Of a stretch of DNA of 64,000 bases, positions 62,088-64,000 are shown in pieces. Origin of the DNA: Yuukianura sp. NJ FZ-2021 (taxonomy: Eukaryota); NCBI GenBank assembly GCA_046563655.1, contig CM102290.1, positions 5,890,001 through 5,954,000 on the forward strand, written 5' to 3'. Position 1 is the first letter of the stretch, and each line of letters opens with the position of its first letter. The position numbers were made by a program, and so were the translations under genes. The notes under the pieces were generated by a model. That model searched no databases and was not told the DNA's origin. It worked only from the letters and a program-made list of their open reading frames with translations.

Positions 62088-63485
62088 TATTCTCACCGTG
62101 AGTAATCGCCTCTTCGCATCGTTTATGGTTTCTACCACCCTTTCCTCAAAAATTGCAGACGCAAACAGTTCTGTGATGAGCACATTTGCTTTTGTTTTCA
62201 TATCGTTTGCTCGTCCCTTCCCAATGCTAAGTTTGAACGATGGCTTTCAAATCAGGGTAATTCGATTGCTTAAATTATTCTCCATAATAACATCTCTGGC
62301 AACTTGGACCAACCACGGCACTTCCTGAAATATTTAAGAAAAAAGTCAATATGGTTGATAGGAAATCGTTCTATTTTTAGTTTCATGAAGAAATTTTCTT
62401 TAGAAAATTCTCTAACCTAACCTAAGTTTTACGCACAGAAAACTTTCAAAATTTATAATTGCTTAACCCTGACATCCTCAACGAACGCTAACGAGACAAT
62501 TATTTTAACGTTATCGCATGCTGCCACCCCCCTACCACTGGTTTGGGCAAAAACTTTAATTTGAGTACGAAGTTGGAACTAAACGCTGGTAGAAATAGAA
62601 CAAATATTTAGCATTCGTGTTAAGGAAATTAATATTTCTACATAACCGAACACCTTTACGGCTTAAGTTTGCTTTTTGAATTTGTTTTTGACATTTGAAA
62701 GAGCATTTGCTGACCTCCTCATGAACCTAATTTTAAATACGTACAATATTTTTGAGTCAAATTATTAAATTTATGAGAGCCTTTTAAAATGACTGTCCTA
62801 TTGTCGCAACGAGTGGAGAGGCGCTTTGCTATTTTTCGCTCAACTTTCCTTTCACACGAAGTACTAAGCCTTATGTTTGGGTTAAAGGTTAAACTAACCT
62901 AACCTAACCTATTTTGCTATTTTATCGAAATATTTCCACTATGTCTGTATCTCAACATGCCTCTGCTTTGTCATACTCTTAAAGAAACCTTACCTCACAT
63001 GCGTAAACGTAATCTGCTCCTGCTTTTGCTGCCATCATTGCTAATAGGCCACATCCCGTCCCAATATCCAGAACGACTGCTTTCTTGCCTGATTTGTGAA
63101 GCGATGCAATGCACTGTATGATTGCTTCATAGTATTTGGCATTCTGGGCATAAAGTTTTTTAATACTTTAATTTATTGTAAAGAATTAACGTAAAAGTGT
63201 AGGGGTGATTACTCTGTCATGGTCATGGAGCATGTCCCAATACGCGCTCTGTACGACACAAAATGGATCATTTTCTATGTCCAGTCCGCTCATCATTCTG
63301 CGCAGTATTTCGAAGTCCATTCTTTTCTCGGTTAGTACCGACGACTTTGAAAGACATAAAGTATCTCCCTCGCCGACTGACCCTAAACAAACAAGACCAC
63401 CGCTTGCTACTTAATATCGGTAAAGTTGTGAGCTTTGTGGGAAACTATTTGATCATCAATATTTTATATTTTGTGTGAAGCAAGC

Positions 63486-63721
63486 GCCTTTTCTGCCTAA
63501 TTAGCAGACATGAGAAAAATATTTACTAAAAACTGGCAAAATATTTAAATATTAAATATTTTTTGTCAAAAACTCCAAAATATTTACTTATTTAACATTA
63601 GGGGCATGGGAAATTAAATAAATATTTAGTAACAAAAAAGCCCAAAATATTTAAATTCTTAACATTATAAGCATGGTGACTAAATATTTTTTGTCATGTC
63701 TGCTAATTAGGCAGAAAAGGC
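63486..63721. mobile_element. MITE-like element with ~40-bp inverted ends and an AT-rich core
   Basis: GCCTTTTCTGCCTAATTAGCAGACATGA... versus ...TCATGTCTGCTAATTAGGCAGAAAAGGC. Confidence 0.75.
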
Positions 63722-64000
63722 AGGCAGAAAAAGTTTTGAACTACTGGTTTGAAGGTTTTGAAATTCCGGACGTTGATGCGATTTTATGGAATACATTCTT
63801 CTTATACCAATTATCGACATCTTTGTTCTGGTGTAACAGAAAAAATCACTTACCTAAGCTAAGTTGTTCTGTGAATAGAATAGGTTTTGAGTGTTGTTCA
63901 CTTACACAGTTGTATGTCTGAACTAAACTGGATTACTGCAACCGCAGTCGGAATCTCGGAATCAAACTAGACAAACGGATCTACCCCTAATTTCAGAAAA

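Larger units (their letters stand above)
58372..63320 (-). pseudogene. PRMT7: PRMT7-like protein arginine methyltransferase; in-frame TGA at 62247-62249 (pseudogene, allele or sequencing error)
   Basis: SAYWDMLHDHDR|NAKYYEAI...VLDIGTGCGLLAMMAAKAGADYVYACE (SAM motif I). ANVLITELF double-E loop, FSWWTLELD, YHW, and a second degenerate PRMT module (GEPFF; GVAIWIDWYL). The exon at ~62097-62324 reads RITLI*KPSF. Confidence 0.7.

Overview
This is eukaryotic, gene-dense DNA with short AT-rich GT-AG introns. It is most likely from an arthropod: it has an Ala/Pro-rich cuticular-type gene, a TATA + TCAGT initiator and TTAGG motifs. A springtail-like hexapod is a guess, not something the sequence demonstrates. 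Genes in order: AAP(A/V)-rich secreted cuticular-type protein (+), F-box protein (-), VPS13B (+), group-I PAK/Pak3-like kinase (-), synaptophysin-family MARVEL protein (+), CCDC77-like coiled-coil protein (-), KDM5/lid (+), tubby-family protein (+), prolylcarboxypeptidase PRCP (+) and a divergent PRMT7-like gene with an in-frame TGA (-). The most notable structures are: (1) a ~450-bp inverted duplication that appears to give the divergent F-box and VPS13B genes near-identical promoter/5'UTR exon/intron leaders; (2) a 6.36-kb Foldback/MULE-like element with a perfect 9-bp TSD whose arms are inverted arrays of a 157/166-bp satellite, sitting just upstream of synaptophysin; (3) several MITEs; (4) a GC-donor 13-nt microexon carrying the kinase APE motif; (5) DR1 (TGACCTnTGACCT) clusters in PRCP introns, with PRCP bracketed by a direct repeat; (6) apparent single frameshifts in PAK and KDM5 that may be assembly errors. 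CDS coordinates are gene spans including introns, built by eye. Gene identities come from recalled family motifs; no database search was run.
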